A stretch of 63,428 nt of DNA, the filler included, from Stramenopiles sp. TOSAG23-3 (Eukaryota): assembly GCA_900128585.1 (NCBI GenBank). It is 4 parts of 4 records of this genome, joined end to end, with 100 filler letters (N's around TTAATTAATTAA, not from the genome) between each part and the next. Parts side by side here need not be neighbours in the genome. Positions count along the whole stretch, not along the records: positions 1 to 20,403 come from LT642376.1; 3 more parts are not named here. One strand, 5' to 3'. The translations under genes and the position numbers were made by a program. Under the pieces are notes generated by a model. It was given only the letters and a program-made list of their open reading frames with translations. It did no database searches and was not told the origin of the DNA. This document shows, piece after piece, positions 1-10,248 of this stretch. Each line of letters opens with the position of its first letter. Within the stretch, counting starts at the first letter, position 1.

Positions 1-3000
1 GTGAACATGGGACGTATGGAGACGAAGAGGGTGCGACAAACATTTCATTTTGCAAGAACTGCTCTTCGGGTAGGTTTCCAATTTCAAAAACCGGCCTAAT
101 GACTTCAGAAGACAAGGCCTGCGACGGCACGTGTGATCAGGGAAAATTTGGTACCGGCCCTGGGAAGAGAGAGGAGAAATTTGCGTGCGATGGCTGTCCC
201 AACGGAAGATACGGTGACCAATATGCCCTCCCGAACGAGGCCTTGGGGTGCCCGTACTCTCCAGGGTTACTCTTGAGCCCGTCAGGCTTTCTATCGATAG
301 ACGAAGGCACAGGAGGAGGAGGAGCGATAGGGGGGGGGGAAATTATTCGAATAAAGGGATTCAATACAATCCCCCAAAGCCGTGTCTTGATTAATGCTGC
401 TCTGGTGGGGACGGAAGAACTGCTAACGGAGGAAGGAAACCCACTTCTGAGAGTAACGCCTGGATTCCTTAATATTAGCACAGCGGATGGTTGGAGAAAT
501 TTTACGGATTCAGACGGATTTCAGTTCACAATAATTTCGGAACTTGGGGATTATTGCCACGAGAGGGTAGACGCCGACGGTCCATCTTGTCATAATAGAT
601 GCAAATATAACGAGACTAGCTTTAAGTTAGAGCTGACATGCACAAGCGATGATGTCTACTACTCTACTGACGCAGTGACGCAGAGGGTTAACCTCAGTAT
701 TGTCGAATTAAAAACAAGACTATCTCCCCTACGACCAGTGTTATTCGTAGGCGACACTTTCACCGAATTGCGCATAGAGTGGAATAGAGACGTTGACGAC
801 AGTGAGCAGGCAATGCAGGAAATGAAAAGGTATTGTGGTTGGAATTCGTTTGAAGTTCAAGTCAGCACTAGTGAATACTTCCCCAAGGAAATTACAAATG
901 TCAGAAAGCAAAAATTTGCATACACCAATGCGACGGGCAACAGCACAGCCGGAACGTTCCACTTTCGTACGAACGTCAGCAAAAAGCTGTCTGATGAAGT
1001 CGTTTATGTCCGGGTTAAGAAAATAGCATTTCCGGACTCGGGCTGGTCCACGACCTCCTTGGGCTGGAAGGTAGTGAGCCAATGCCACAACATGATGCAA
1101 CACCAGGACACTTCTTTTCGGCTGACTGACTGGGGCTGTAGGGATCTGCCATCAACATTCTTGATAACCATTTACCCAGAAACCACTGTCATTGCGGGCA
1201 GAAACATTTCGATTTCTATTGCAAAGGGTCAAGATCACTTGTTCTCCATGAAGCCAGATGATACACGGCTGTTGCTTGCCGGGACACCCCTGAACATTGC
1301 ACCGGGCGAGGTCTCCCAAGATCGTAAAACTCTTAATAACGTTTTCGTTTCTGGTGATGGGGTATGCGCCCCATCTGGTAGTGCCGGCTGTGAAAAGTGG
1401 ACGCAGTTGGCCATTACGGAAATGATCTCCAATGCCAGTGGTGCATTAGACGTTTTCTTTGTGGGAAAATCTTGCCCGACTTCTGAAGTCTGCGTACGGA
1501 TTCCTTCGGACTACAAACTGTATCCCCGGGACACATGTCTCACTCTGCAAGACAGCGCTTGCAAGGAATGCCCGGTCGGAGGGCGGTGCCCAGGCGGCAC
1601 ACAGATTTGGGCCCTTCCCCATTTTGGTACAAAAACAGAAAAAAACATTCAAATGTGCAAAGAGCCCTCGACAAGGTGCAGGGGCTATATTGACGACGAA
1701 AAAAAAGAATTGTGTGCCTCTGGCTACGGCGGGATGCTTTGTGGAGGGTGCACAAAGGGTTTTTTCACGAATCCTGTCGGAACCCGAGCATGTTTCCCTT
1801 GCCCTTCTAGCGATGCATCCTCGGCCATTGGGAATGCATTGTTGCCAATTTTATATTTGACTGTGGTTTTTGCTCTTGGTGCGGCATTTGCATTTCTCGT
1901 GTCGTACGCAGCATACAGGCGAAACGGGGGCACCATCAGAGGAGGAGTCGTCCGCACGATGGGATTTCTTACCTACCTCTTCCTGTCACTGTCGTTGTTG
2001 GCGCAGGTGAGCAGAAAAGCGAACGGAAATCTTCCAGAATACTTTCAAGTGTTTGCGTCACAGGTGGCACTGTTTCAAATGGACGCGCCCGGGCCTATCG
2101 CTCCCTCGTGCACCGAGCACCCTTTCTGGAGGCACCATGCCATCTTTACATTTTCAATTCTGTCAGTGCTTAGCACTGTGCTGTTTCTAGAAAAGCGATG
2201 CATCAAGGCACTGTGGACGGGGAAGGTAGCTCACGGTGCCACAGTCTGGCTCTTCCTGTCGTATGCGCTGATGTCCAACCTTGCATTAGATACGATACAT
2301 TGCGTTTCTAGTGGCCGCAAAAGCCGCCCGGAAGATGCGGCGATGGTGATGGCGAACAATCCGACCGTCGCATGCTTCGTAGGGGATCACACGATTGCAT
2401 TTCTGTCGGCCATCGCCGCGCTGGTCTTGCATGGTTTTCTCTTCCCTCTATACTGTGCATGGAAAGTAAATGCGCTGCGCCTTCGTTGTCTCCAGCAGGC
2501 AAAGTCAAGAGAGTCTAACATAAAGATTGAAACGGAAGAACGCTTCGACATTTATGGAGAAAATGTGTGGAAGTACTTTCTGTCGAACTTGTATCGACCA
2601 CGGTACTATTATTTTCACCATGTTGAGCTTTTTGTGTTGGCCGTAGGCTCATGGTGCAATGAGTTTCTCTTCCGCGCCTCTCCTATGGCCCACCTTGTCG
2701 TCTTCTCGACCCTCTTGACGATCAGTGCAGCTGCGTACATTTACAAACAACCGTTTTTGCCCGACCACCAATGGAAATTTTCCGTCCGGGTGTTCTTATC
2801 GTTTTGCACCCTTCTCAACGTTTTTGTGAACTACTTTTCAATGTCAACTGTGCTTGACAACGACAAAACCCACCACTTGACGTGGCTGGTGCCGGTTACT
2901 TTTACTATGAACATAATGCTGTTCGTAGTGCTGTTTTTTGCATTTGGGAAAGTCCTGTTGGGCGGGGCCCACAAAGAAGAGAAGAAGAAACGAATTCTGC

Positions 3001-3707
3001 CACAGCGGAAAAGGAGTGAAGTACGGTGGTCAAATAACCCAATGGTAGACCGACAGGGGGTGGTAGAGCTTACAACCATTGTGAAGGGCACAGGCTTGCA
3101 AACGAATGCCACCACAGAAGAGGCCGCATCGGAGCCCACCCACCTCGAAGACGGGGCTGATGAAGTTCATGAGGAGTCAGTGGCATGGAGCAAACACTTT
3201 GATCCAGCGTCTGAAAATTCATTTTATGAGTGCATTGTAAGCTGTGTATCATGGGGAAAGCCAGCTGGATTGACTGACGCAGCAGAAGTATGTACCCGGC
3301 AAAACGCTTTGGGGGAGGTGTACTATAGTTTTAAGACCCGGCGGACTACGTGGGACCTTCCTGCTGGCGTAGACGAAGCGAGTGTTCATGATGCCAGCGC
3401 ACCGCCCCCGGTTGAACGCATAGATCACGTCGTACCGCAATCAAACTGTGCGAGCATCGAATATGGTGGGAGTGCAGGTTGCCTACTCGCCGAAGCTCGA
3501 CAGCGGTTAAAGGATGCTGCCGACAGGAATACCGTTCTACCCCCAGCTGACATAAACGTAAGGGGCGAGTTGTGGGAAGTGATAGACGAGAGCGGCAATA
3601 CTTGTTATTTGAACATCAAAAATAACAAGGTTTCCTACACTCTCCCTAAAGGGTGGGTGAGGTCTTTGGCAAAGCACCGATTCGGCAACAGCGGTACATA
3701 CGAGTAA
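1..3707 (+). CDS. Large Cys-rich multi-pass membrane protein with C-terminal WW-like domains (5'-partial)
   Basis: Frame is open from base 3 (EHGTYGDEEGATNISFCKNCSSGRF...) so the gene starts upstream of the window. CxxCPxG repeats (ACKECPVGGRCPGG, CGGCTKGFF), multiple hydrophobic helices, and WW-like motifs (WSKHFDPASENSFY, YYSFKTRRTTWDLP, WEVIDESGNTCYLNIKNNKVSYTLP). Confidence 0.8.
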   Translation, partial: EHGTYGDEEGATNISFCKNCSSGRFPISKTGLMTSEDKACDGTCDQGKFGTGPGKREEKFACDGCPNGRYGDQYALPNEALGCPYSPGLLLSPSGFLSIDEGTGGGGAIGGGEIIRIKGFNTIPQSRVLINAALVGTEELLTEEGNPLLRVTPGFLNISTADGWRNFTDSDGFQFTIISELGDYCHERVDADGPSCHNRCKYNETSFKLELTCTSDDVYYSTDAVTQRVNLSIVELKTRLSPLRPVLFVGDTFTELRIEWNRDVDDSEQAMQEMKRYCGWNSFEVQVSTSEYFPKEITNVRKQKFAYTNATGNSTAGTFHFRTNVSKKLSDEVVYVRVKKIAFPDSGWSTTSLGWKVVSQCHNMMQHQDTSFRLTDWGCRDLPSTFLITIYPETTVIAGRNISISIAKGQDHLFSMKPDDTRLLLAGTPLNIAPGEVSQDRKTLNNVFVSGDGVCAPSGSAGCEKWTQLAITEMISNASGALDVFFVGKSCPTSEVCVRIPSDYKLYPRDTCLTLQDSACKECPVGGRCPGGTQIWALPHFGTKTEKNIQMCKEPSTRCRGYIDDEKKELCASGYGGMLCGGCTKGFFTNPVGTRACFPCPSSDASSAIGNALLPILYLTVVFALGAAFAFLVSYAAYRRNGGTIRGGVVRTMGFLTYLFLSLSLLAQVSRKANGNLPEYFQVFASQVALFQMDAPGPIAPSCTEHPFWRHHAIFTFSILSVLSTVLFLEKRCIKALWTGKVAHGATVWLFLSYALMSNLALDTIHCVSSGRKSRPEDAAMVMANNPTVACFVGDHTIAFLSAIAALVLHGFLFPLYCAWKVNALRLRCLQQAKSRESNIKIETEERFDIYGENVWKYFLSNLYRPRYYYFHHVELFVLAVGSWCNEFLFRASPMAHLVVFSTLLTISAAAYIYKQPFLPDHQWKFSVRVFLSFCTLLNVFVNYFSMSTVLDNDKTHHLTWLVPVTFTMNIMLFVVLFFAFGKVLLGGAHKEEKKKRILPQRKRSEVRWSNNPMVDRQGVVELTTIVKGTGLQTNATTEEAASEPTHLEDGADEVHEESVAWSKHFDPASENSFYECIVSCVSWGKPAGLTDAAEVCTRQNALGEVYYSFKTRRTTWDLPAGVDEASVHDASAPPPVERIDHVVPQSNCASIEYGGSAGCLLAEARQRLKDAADRNTVLPPADINVRGELWEVIDESGNTCYLNIKNNKVSYTLPKGWVRSLAKHRFGNSGTYE

Positions 3708-3936
3708 ATACAGACAACCACCGTCTACGCGGGGACGCGGACACGGCAGACTGACTGACAAAAGTAGGACAGGAGAACCCATTTCTCATTCATGGTTTCT
3801 TAAATAAAGCAGCAGCGCGAAAGATATTTATTCATAACTTTCAGACTAATATTTCTGGTTCTCAGGGAGATTCCATATTTATCAATTTGTGTGATAAATA
3901 CAGTGTAGGTTTTACTATTTTAAGAATTCTTAGACC

Positions 3937-6654
3937 CTAAAAACCGTACCGTTTTTTCCGCGCGAGAGCTTCCAGATCGTCACCGTGGCCGTCGTCTCCT
4001 GTGCCTTTCTTCGCCACACCGCCTTTTTTGCCCTTTCCTTTCTTCATTGCCTTTTGCCTGGCAATATAGTCATTTCTCATCGTTCTCACATCAAATCCAA
4101 ATGATACGCTTTCGAGGACCACGACCCATAGAACAAGGGTAACAAAGACCGCGCACGTTCTGAAGGATGCTACAATGACTGTCAAGGCAAACGTAACGAG
4201 GTTCAGTGCCCAGTTCAGACCTCTTGTGTTCCCCGAGTCTTCAAACGCGAGCGTTTTCTGGGCGGTGAAATTTATAGGGGGGTCACTTGTTACTTCCCCA
4301 AGTTTCGCAAGAACGACCATAGGCTTTGCAAATAGTAACCAAAATAAAGTGGAACTTTTAGCGACAACAGTGATCACCGACTGGTGGCTGTCAGAGTTGA
4401 ACTCTTTGGCCTTACCAAGAATATTGTAGTGTTCTATTGTCTTCGAATCCCAGATGCCGAACGTCACTTTTACAAGAACAGTAACCCCGTTCAAAATTGT
4501 CGCGAGCAAGCCGGCCACGTACCGAAGGGCCACTTCCGCGCGGGAAACACGCAAACTCGCTTTTGCCGCAGTCGTGCCTTTCTGAGGACTTGGCGCGAGT
4601 TTTGCCGTTTTTGTGCTCGCATACGTGCACAGCGTGGCGGGTATGAGCTTTGGGTCCACATGAAATACTTTTTCCACCGCGGGCATTTTGTGGTCATCGT
4701 CTTTGTTTTCGCTAAAGGCTTTGATGAACAACACCGTAACAAAAGGGACCAGCACGACCAACACAACGTACGACAGGTAAAACACAACGGTGTCCTCCGT
4801 CCCACACGTATACTCATCCATGTACACCACCGAAAACAGCGTGTAGAGAATGCTGGATGTGAGGTTTGTGAATATGATCATCGCATACAGAATAATGCCC
4901 GTGCTCAAACTGCCCAAATGGTTGATAAGCGACACCATCGTCTTTCCACGGCCGTGCTTAATGGCCTCCATTGCGGACGCCGCCAAGAACAGGATGTTCC
5001 CTTGCTCCATGACATAAAGCAGCATGCACAGGGAAAGGCCAACCAACAAGCTGCCCGACAACACAACGCCAGGGCAGACATTGTTTACGGTATGCCCTTC
5101 AAACAACATTGGGAAAAACATTAGATCAAACATTTTCCAGTCTAGCACAAAGCTGAAGTCGGGCAGCCTTAACAATGCCAGTGAGACTTTGAACGATGTC
5201 TTCAGAGACGCTGCGTACGTAGTGCGAGCATATTCGTCCATGGCGACGACTTGTAGCATGAGCATCACGTTGAACAAAAGTTTGAACAACCGAAAAAAGA
5301 ATGATCCGGTGCGAAGAACAATCAAGGCGGCAAACACCAAGGTTGCTTTTCGTGCACGAAGACCAGGCCCCAGCGCGGAAATCTGCTCCTGAACAATCCC
5401 ATGGCTTTTCTCCGCCTCTTCGGCAGAGTATTGAGAACCTTTTTCCGCCTGCTTTGCGTTCGCTGGCTTCAATTTTTTCTTCATTTTTTCCAACTGCTTC
5501 TTCAAGCGAGACTGATGGCGTTCTACCGTTCGAATTCGTGTACACGGAAGTAAAAACTCGACCTTTTTCCCCAAAGCCTTGCCCGGGCGAATCAGCGCAA
5601 CTTTTACGATACGCTTAATTTCCGCAACCTTGCACTTCTTCCAGTAGTTTCCATCGCTTTCGACCCAATTCCCTTCCGGCCTCGCCTCTATGATTTGCCC
5701 AACTTCAATTTTTTTCCACTCTGCAACGCCATGCGAGGAAACCAGGGGCTTCCCCGTGTTGTCCATTGCATTTCTATCTAGCCAAGTGCGATAGGTGGCG
5801 CCTTTGCTTCTCCATAACAACTTCATCCTGTAGATGTGCTCCACGATTTCCCCCTCTTTCCACCCATTCACGGTGCTGTTCCAGACCACGACAGTATCGC
5901 CTTTTAAAAAGGAGTCGTGCACTGTCCGTCCTTTAAAATTTCTCACAAACAAATTCATAAGGAGCGATATTGCATTCAAAAGTCTGTCGATGCCGTGAAA
6001 GCGCACAATAAAAACAAACAGGAGAAACGTGAGAGCGCTGAACGCCGCACCTAGCCCAATTTCGAGGCCTGATGCCAGGCCGTAGTGACCTGTGCCAAGG
6101 TGTGCTAAGCTACGGTTTGAAAAAAACAGAATATTTCGACCATAGCCAATCATAGAGTTTTCCCTCGATGGGGGCGCAAACATCCCAATTATTTTCCCAT
6201 CTGGAATCACCACGCATGATAAATATTTTTCTGCGCAAAACTCGACGCACGTTTCGGCCTGCCTCTCTACGTTGCCCTCTTCGTCCACCTCGTAAAGGCT
6301 GCATGCACTGGCCTCCTTGCATGCTACGTGTGTGCAAGCGATGTAATCGTCGATCCCCGATATTGCAGTAACCTTGGAGACGTTCGTGAGACACACGCCT
6401 CGTGATCTCGGTAAATGAACGCGCGCATAGTACTGGTCCTGGTGTTTGGCGTATTCGGCCGACGATTTGTTTCTCCGAACATCGTCCAAAAAGGTGTTCC
6501 CCATGACCAAAGTGCATCGTGTGTGACTATTCCAATCGTTTGATTGCACTGTAATTTCTACCGCAGTGCAGTCTCCGTATTCTGCCGTTTGCAACGCATC
6601 GCCAGCATTCAGCACTAACGAGAGAATCACTGCAACAACCGGCCAGACAAACAT
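3937..6654 (-). CDS. Signal-peptide multi-pass membrane protein with Tudor/Agenet-like central region
   Basis: 905-aa ORF. Hydrophobic N-terminus, Cys-rich ectodomain, one TM, SH3-fold-like motifs (KGDTVVVWNSTVNGWKEGEIV; EVGQIIEARPEGNW..YWKKCKV), then several TM helices and a Lys-rich tail. Confidence 0.7.
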   Translation of the reverse strand: MFVWPVVAVILSLVLNAGDALQTAEYGDCTAVEITVQSNDWNSHTRCTLVMGNTFLDDVRRNKSSAEYAKHQDQYYARVHLPRSRGVCLTNVSKVTAISGIDDYIACTHVACKEASACSLYEVDEEGNVERQAETCVEFCAEKYLSCVVIPDGKIIGMFAPPSRENSMIGYGRNILFFSNRSLAHLGTGHYGLASGLEIGLGAAFSALTFLLFVFIVRFHGIDRLLNAISLLMNLFVRNFKGRTVHDSFLKGDTVVVWNSTVNGWKEGEIVEHIYRMKLLWRSKGATYRTWLDRNAMDNTGKPLVSSHGVAEWKKIEVGQIIEARPEGNWVESDGNYWKKCKVAEIKRIVKVALIRPGKALGKKVEFLLPCTRIRTVERHQSRLKKQLEKMKKKLKPANAKQAEKGSQYSAEEAEKSHGIVQEQISALGPGLRARKATLVFAALIVLRTGSFFFRLFKLLFNVMLMLQVVAMDEYARTTYAASLKTSFKVSLALLRLPDFSFVLDWKMFDLMFFPMLFEGHTVNNVCPGVVLSGSLLVGLSLCMLLYVMEQGNILFLAASAMEAIKHGRGKTMVSLINHLGSLSTGIILYAMIIFTNLTSSILYTLFSVVYMDEYTCGTEDTVVFYLSYVVLVVLVPFVTVLFIKAFSENKDDDHKMPAVEKVFHVDPKLIPATLCTYASTKTAKLAPSPQKGTTAAKASLRVSRAEVALRYVAGLLATILNGVTVLVKVTFGIWDSKTIEHYNILGKAKEFNSDSHQSVITVVAKSSTLFWLLFAKPMVVLAKLGEVTSDPPINFTAQKTLAFEDSGNTRGLNWALNLVTFALTVIVASFRTCAVFVTLVLWVVVLESVSFGFDVRTMRNDYIARQKAMKKGKGKKGGVAKKGTGDDGHGDDLEALARKKRYGF

Positions 6655-7236
6655 GCTATTTATTGGCCACTACACAGGATTGCTTCGGCCAGTTCAAACG
6701 GTCTGTTTAGCGTCCATTTCTTTCAAAAGAAAAGGTTTCTATCGAAAAAATGAGAACGGCTCAATAATATTAATAATAGTATACAATTTCAAACTCACTC
6801 ATATATTCGAAACGATCCAACACACAACGGCTATCCCCTCCTCCTCCCCCCTCTTCTCCCCACATTCTTCTTCTTTCTTCTATTTAATAAAATAATATTT
6901 AATTATTATTTTTTTTTTAATAATAAAAAATATTTTTGCGTGTAAAATCAATGCTGTGTTGATGTGTTATTATTCCCCTTCTTCTTTATATATTCCAAGT
7001 GATTCATGTCGCATTTTAAAATTATTTTGGAAACCAACCCTTTTATTCATTTTGTATTCTAATGTGTTTTTGAATATGATATTATTGATGAGATATATTA
7101 TTTATATTTCTTTAATATTTCTAACAACATTTTTTTTCATATATCATCACACATAAACTTTAAAGTTTATCACATAAACTATAATATTCAAGGTCTAGCA
7201 AATATATATATCATTAACAGGCGAAATAAGGTTTCC

Positions 7237-8178
7237 CTACACTGCCCACGAGTTTCTTGGTGGCTCGTACCCGCCTCGTTTCAACGGAACTAGTTCAGAA
7301 GATTTCCGCACCGGGTTCATGTCCCATCTTTGATCCCCGGTTGTGCTCAACAGTTTTTCGCTTTTGCCACAATAGTTCATATTAACATATACCGCAACAC
7401 CAATTGCAACTACAGCGATCAAAATCCACACCCAGGTTGGTTCCATTGGTGTATCGTCCTTCTGATTCGTGTCGTCTTCTTTCGGAATTTCACTAGACGA
7501 TGTGGATATTGGGCTTGTGGCCGATATGGCTATGCTGTTCTGGGGCACACCTGTTATTGACGAGGCCTTTTCTTTCAGGGCTGAGGTATAGGCTGCCGAT
7601 CGCATTCGGCCAATGGTTGTATCATCCTCTGCCCCCGAACTAACTTTAACAGAGTAATAAAGTCTTGTTTGCGTTGAAAGCAACCGTCTCCGAACTTGCA
7701 CAGTCGATATAGACAAAATTGTAACCCTGCCAAAGCGAAGACCAAGAACTGACGCAATAGCATTTCGAAATTCTTCTTGTTTACTCTGGACTTGAAACAA
7801 TGTCAGACCGCTCCAAAGTAGGGCTTGTGTTATCGTTGTATCCGCTCGGGCCGTCGACGTTGTTGTTCCCTCAGGGCGTGCCGCTGGTGTGGTGGTCGCA
7901 GCCTTGGGAATAACAGTTGTGATGGCAGCGGTACCCGGGCTGGTACTAGCATTTGTCGTTGCGTCCCCCGGCGTGCTGTTGGAGCATCCCCCATCACACG
8001 CATAACACGTCGGGAACAACAGGGTGTAAGCACACATAGATTGGTCCACCACTTTAAACGATGATGGCTCTGTGGTTGTACTGCAGGTAAAGTTAACTGT
8101 CAGGGATCTGGGAGCACCCATTGGGCAATCGGTCCCCGCCCCATTGTTTAGGTGTAGTAGAGCACCCCCGAAATAGAA
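7237..8178 (-). CDS. Type I membrane protein: partial MRH (mannose-6-phosphate receptor homology)-like domain, Thr-rich stalk, RRRLL module, TM; 5' end disrupted
   Basis: LNNGAGTDCPMGAPRSLTVNFTC...CAYTLLFPTCYAC resembles the C-terminal half of an MRH domain. The frame is open upstream of ATG 8121 only to an in-frame TAA (~8181). C-terminal TM WVWILIAVVAIGVAVYV. Confidence 0.6.
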   Translation of the reverse strand, partial: FYFGGALLHLNNGAGTDCPMGAPRSLTVNFTCSTTTEPSSFKVVDQSMCAYTLLFPTCYACDGGCSNSTPGDATTNASTSPGTAAITTVIPKAATTTPAARPEGTTTSTARADTTITQALLWSGLTLFQVQSKQEEFRNAIASVLGLRFGRVTILSISTVQVRRRLLSTQTRLYYSVKVSSGAEDDTTIGRMRSAAYTSALKEKASSITGVPQNSIAISATSPISTSSSEIPKEDDTNQKDDTPMEPTWVWILIAVVAIGVAVYVNMNYCGKSEKLLSTTGDQRWDMNPVRKSSELVPLKRGGYEPPRNSWAV

Positions 8179-8521
8179 TTAAATATTTGCATAACTACAC
8201 GAAGTTGAATTGCCAATAATCATTCTTCAGTCACATAAATGATATGCTCCCGAAAAAAACATCCTAATTGTTTTTTTTTTATTGAAACACAACGCAAACA
8301 ATACACAAACTATACGCAAACAAAAAATCAAAAAAGCAAGAAAGAAGAAGTTCTTCTCTTTTCTGTGTGTGGTGTGCCTCCTCCTCCTCCTCCTTTTCTT
8401 TTTTTTTCTTTCTTCTTCTTCTTCCTTCTTCCTTCTTCTTCTTTCTTCTTCCGGAGGATCGATGATTATTCCGGCCGGACTGACTCTCTCCTCCATATCT
8501 ATTATATATGTCTAATATTTA

Positions 8522-9847
8522 TTATCTCACTTCGTGAAAATCAATGCCTCTTATTTCTTCCCCATAATAATCGCTTACGCAAAGATTTGTTTTCACATTG
8601 ACTAAGTCTTGCGCAAATTTTGCCGAACAACTATTTACCCAGCTTAAGTTCAGCCATATCAACCCATTTAAAGCCAGGATGTGGTCCCTCAGGTCCAGCA
8701 CGTTCTGTTTGCAACCTTCCATGCTGAACCGTTTCAATCTGGTGCAGTTTAAAAGCAGTTCTCCTATGGATATGTTGGTTGCTTTGCTCCAACTAATGTC
8801 CACATCTTTCAGCTCGACGCACACATTTGCCAGCTCCGACAAAGGGCCATCGGTTATCTCGCTACCACGGGCAATGTTAAGGTGTTCCAAACGTGGGCAG
8901 TTGCCCGCCAAAGCAACAACGACCGCGTCGTTCACGTATTCGCAAGCCCGTGCCTTCATTTTCGTCAAGTATGGGGATCGTTCCAGCAACGCCACAAGGG
9001 CCTCCGTCGTTCCCGCGTTCCAACTAATATCTAGCTCTTGGAGGGCGCAAACGCTGACAGTTGTGTAAAACGGCTCAAACTGGGGCAGCGAAAATGCCGT
9101 CTCGCCCATTTTCAAAGACTTGAACTTGTCAAAACGTGGTCGAAGGAGCGTTTGCCAGTCGTGAGACTTGATGGACGAGAGGCTTTTTGCATTCAAGCTG
9201 GTCAGGGACGGGGCAGGCCTGCAGACACTAGAAATTCCAGATCCCCCCTTAATGTTCAACGTTTCTAAATTTGTGCACGTTTCCAACAGCCTGTGAAGCC
9301 CTGTCTCCGTAATCCCATCAACGTACGTTATTTTTAATCCGACCAACTGTGTGCAAGTCGAGGCCAGGGCAACGATCCCTACGTCGCTTAGCGAATCGTT
9401 TCTGGATAAATCCAGGTAGGTCAAGTTTGGGCAAGATTGGCAAATTGCAATCAAATCGGAATCCTGAAAATTAATGCTACAGCCTACATTAATGCTCTTT
9501 AAGGTCAGGCTTTGCCTCAGAATTTCAGGTATTTTTCCGAGCTTCCAGTTTGAAATGTTCAATGATGTAAGCAACGGGCAGAGTTGCAGCACCCGGGAAA
9601 AATCAACGTTCGTGCTCATTGGTACGGACGAGAAGTCCAACGTTCGCACATCACCAGGGCTCAACAAGCTGCACAACACTGCTTCATCCACGGATGTTCT
9701 CTGTACAAAGAATAGTATTTTCTTCCGAATCTCATGAGGAAATGTGGAAATGTATTGAATGTGATGGTCGACCATCCCAGTAACACATAGTGCTGCATAT
9801 TTCTTTGCAGCCAACCACTCAAGAGTATGTACATGTTGGGTCGGCAT
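8522..9847 (-). CDS. Cys-containing LRR protein (FBXL/AMN1-like)
   Basis: 441 aa with ~26-aa repeats such as CPNLTYLDLSRNDSLSDVGIVALAST and CPRLEHLNIARGSEITD. Confidence 0.85.
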   Translation of the reverse strand: MPTQHVHTLEWLAAKKYAALCVTGMVDHHIQYISTFPHEIRKKILFFVQRTSVDEAVLCSLLSPGDVRTLDFSSVPMSTNVDFSRVLQLCPLLTSLNISNWKLGKIPEILRQSLTLKSINVGCSINFQDSDLIAICQSCPNLTYLDLSRNDSLSDVGIVALASTCTQLVGLKITYVDGITETGLHRLLETCTNLETLNIKGGSGISSVCRPAPSLTSLNAKSLSSIKSHDWQTLLRPRFDKFKSLKMGETAFSLPQFEPFYTTVSVCALQELDISWNAGTTEALVALLERSPYLTKMKARACEYVNDAVVVALAGNCPRLEHLNIARGSEITDGPLSELANVCVELKDVDISWSKATNISIGELLLNCTRLKRFSMEGCKQNVLDLRDHILALNGLIWLNLSWVNSCSAKFAQDLVNVKTNLCVSDYYGEEIRGIDFHEVR

Positions 9848-10124
9848 GTCCTGTATTATAACGCGCCTGCTAAAGGACAGGAAACAACAAGCAATCGATG
9901 AAAATTTTTGTTTTGATTTCGTTCGTTTACAAAATTGTCTATTTCTTCCGTTTCAAAACTCGTTGTTTCTTGTTTTATGTAGTAAAATTAGAAGACAATA
10001 CATGTAGATATATAATTTGTTTTTTTATATATTAATACTTTTAGTCTCTCTAAAAAACATTTTTACTCTTCTTCTTCTTTATAAGAAGAGAAGAAGAAGA
10101 AGAGAAGAAGGCAAAAAGTGACCC

Positions 10125-10156
<32 letters not shown>
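10125..10156. repeat. (CCG)n microsatellite
   Basis: About 10 CCG units in an AT-rich spacer. Confidence 0.9.
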
Positions 10157-10248
10157 CGACGACGACGCGACTTACTATTATTATACTTGGTGCAAAAAAA
10201 AATAATAAATCTATGATTTTTAAAAGGAAAATATTTCTAAATATTTTA

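Noticed and set aside
8227-8601. Lys/Glu/Phe/Ser-rich short ORFs in spacers (also 10050, 18139, 20619, 26975, 27533, 31969, 40121)
   Set aside because: Translations of GAA/CTT and poly-A/T low-complexity DNA.
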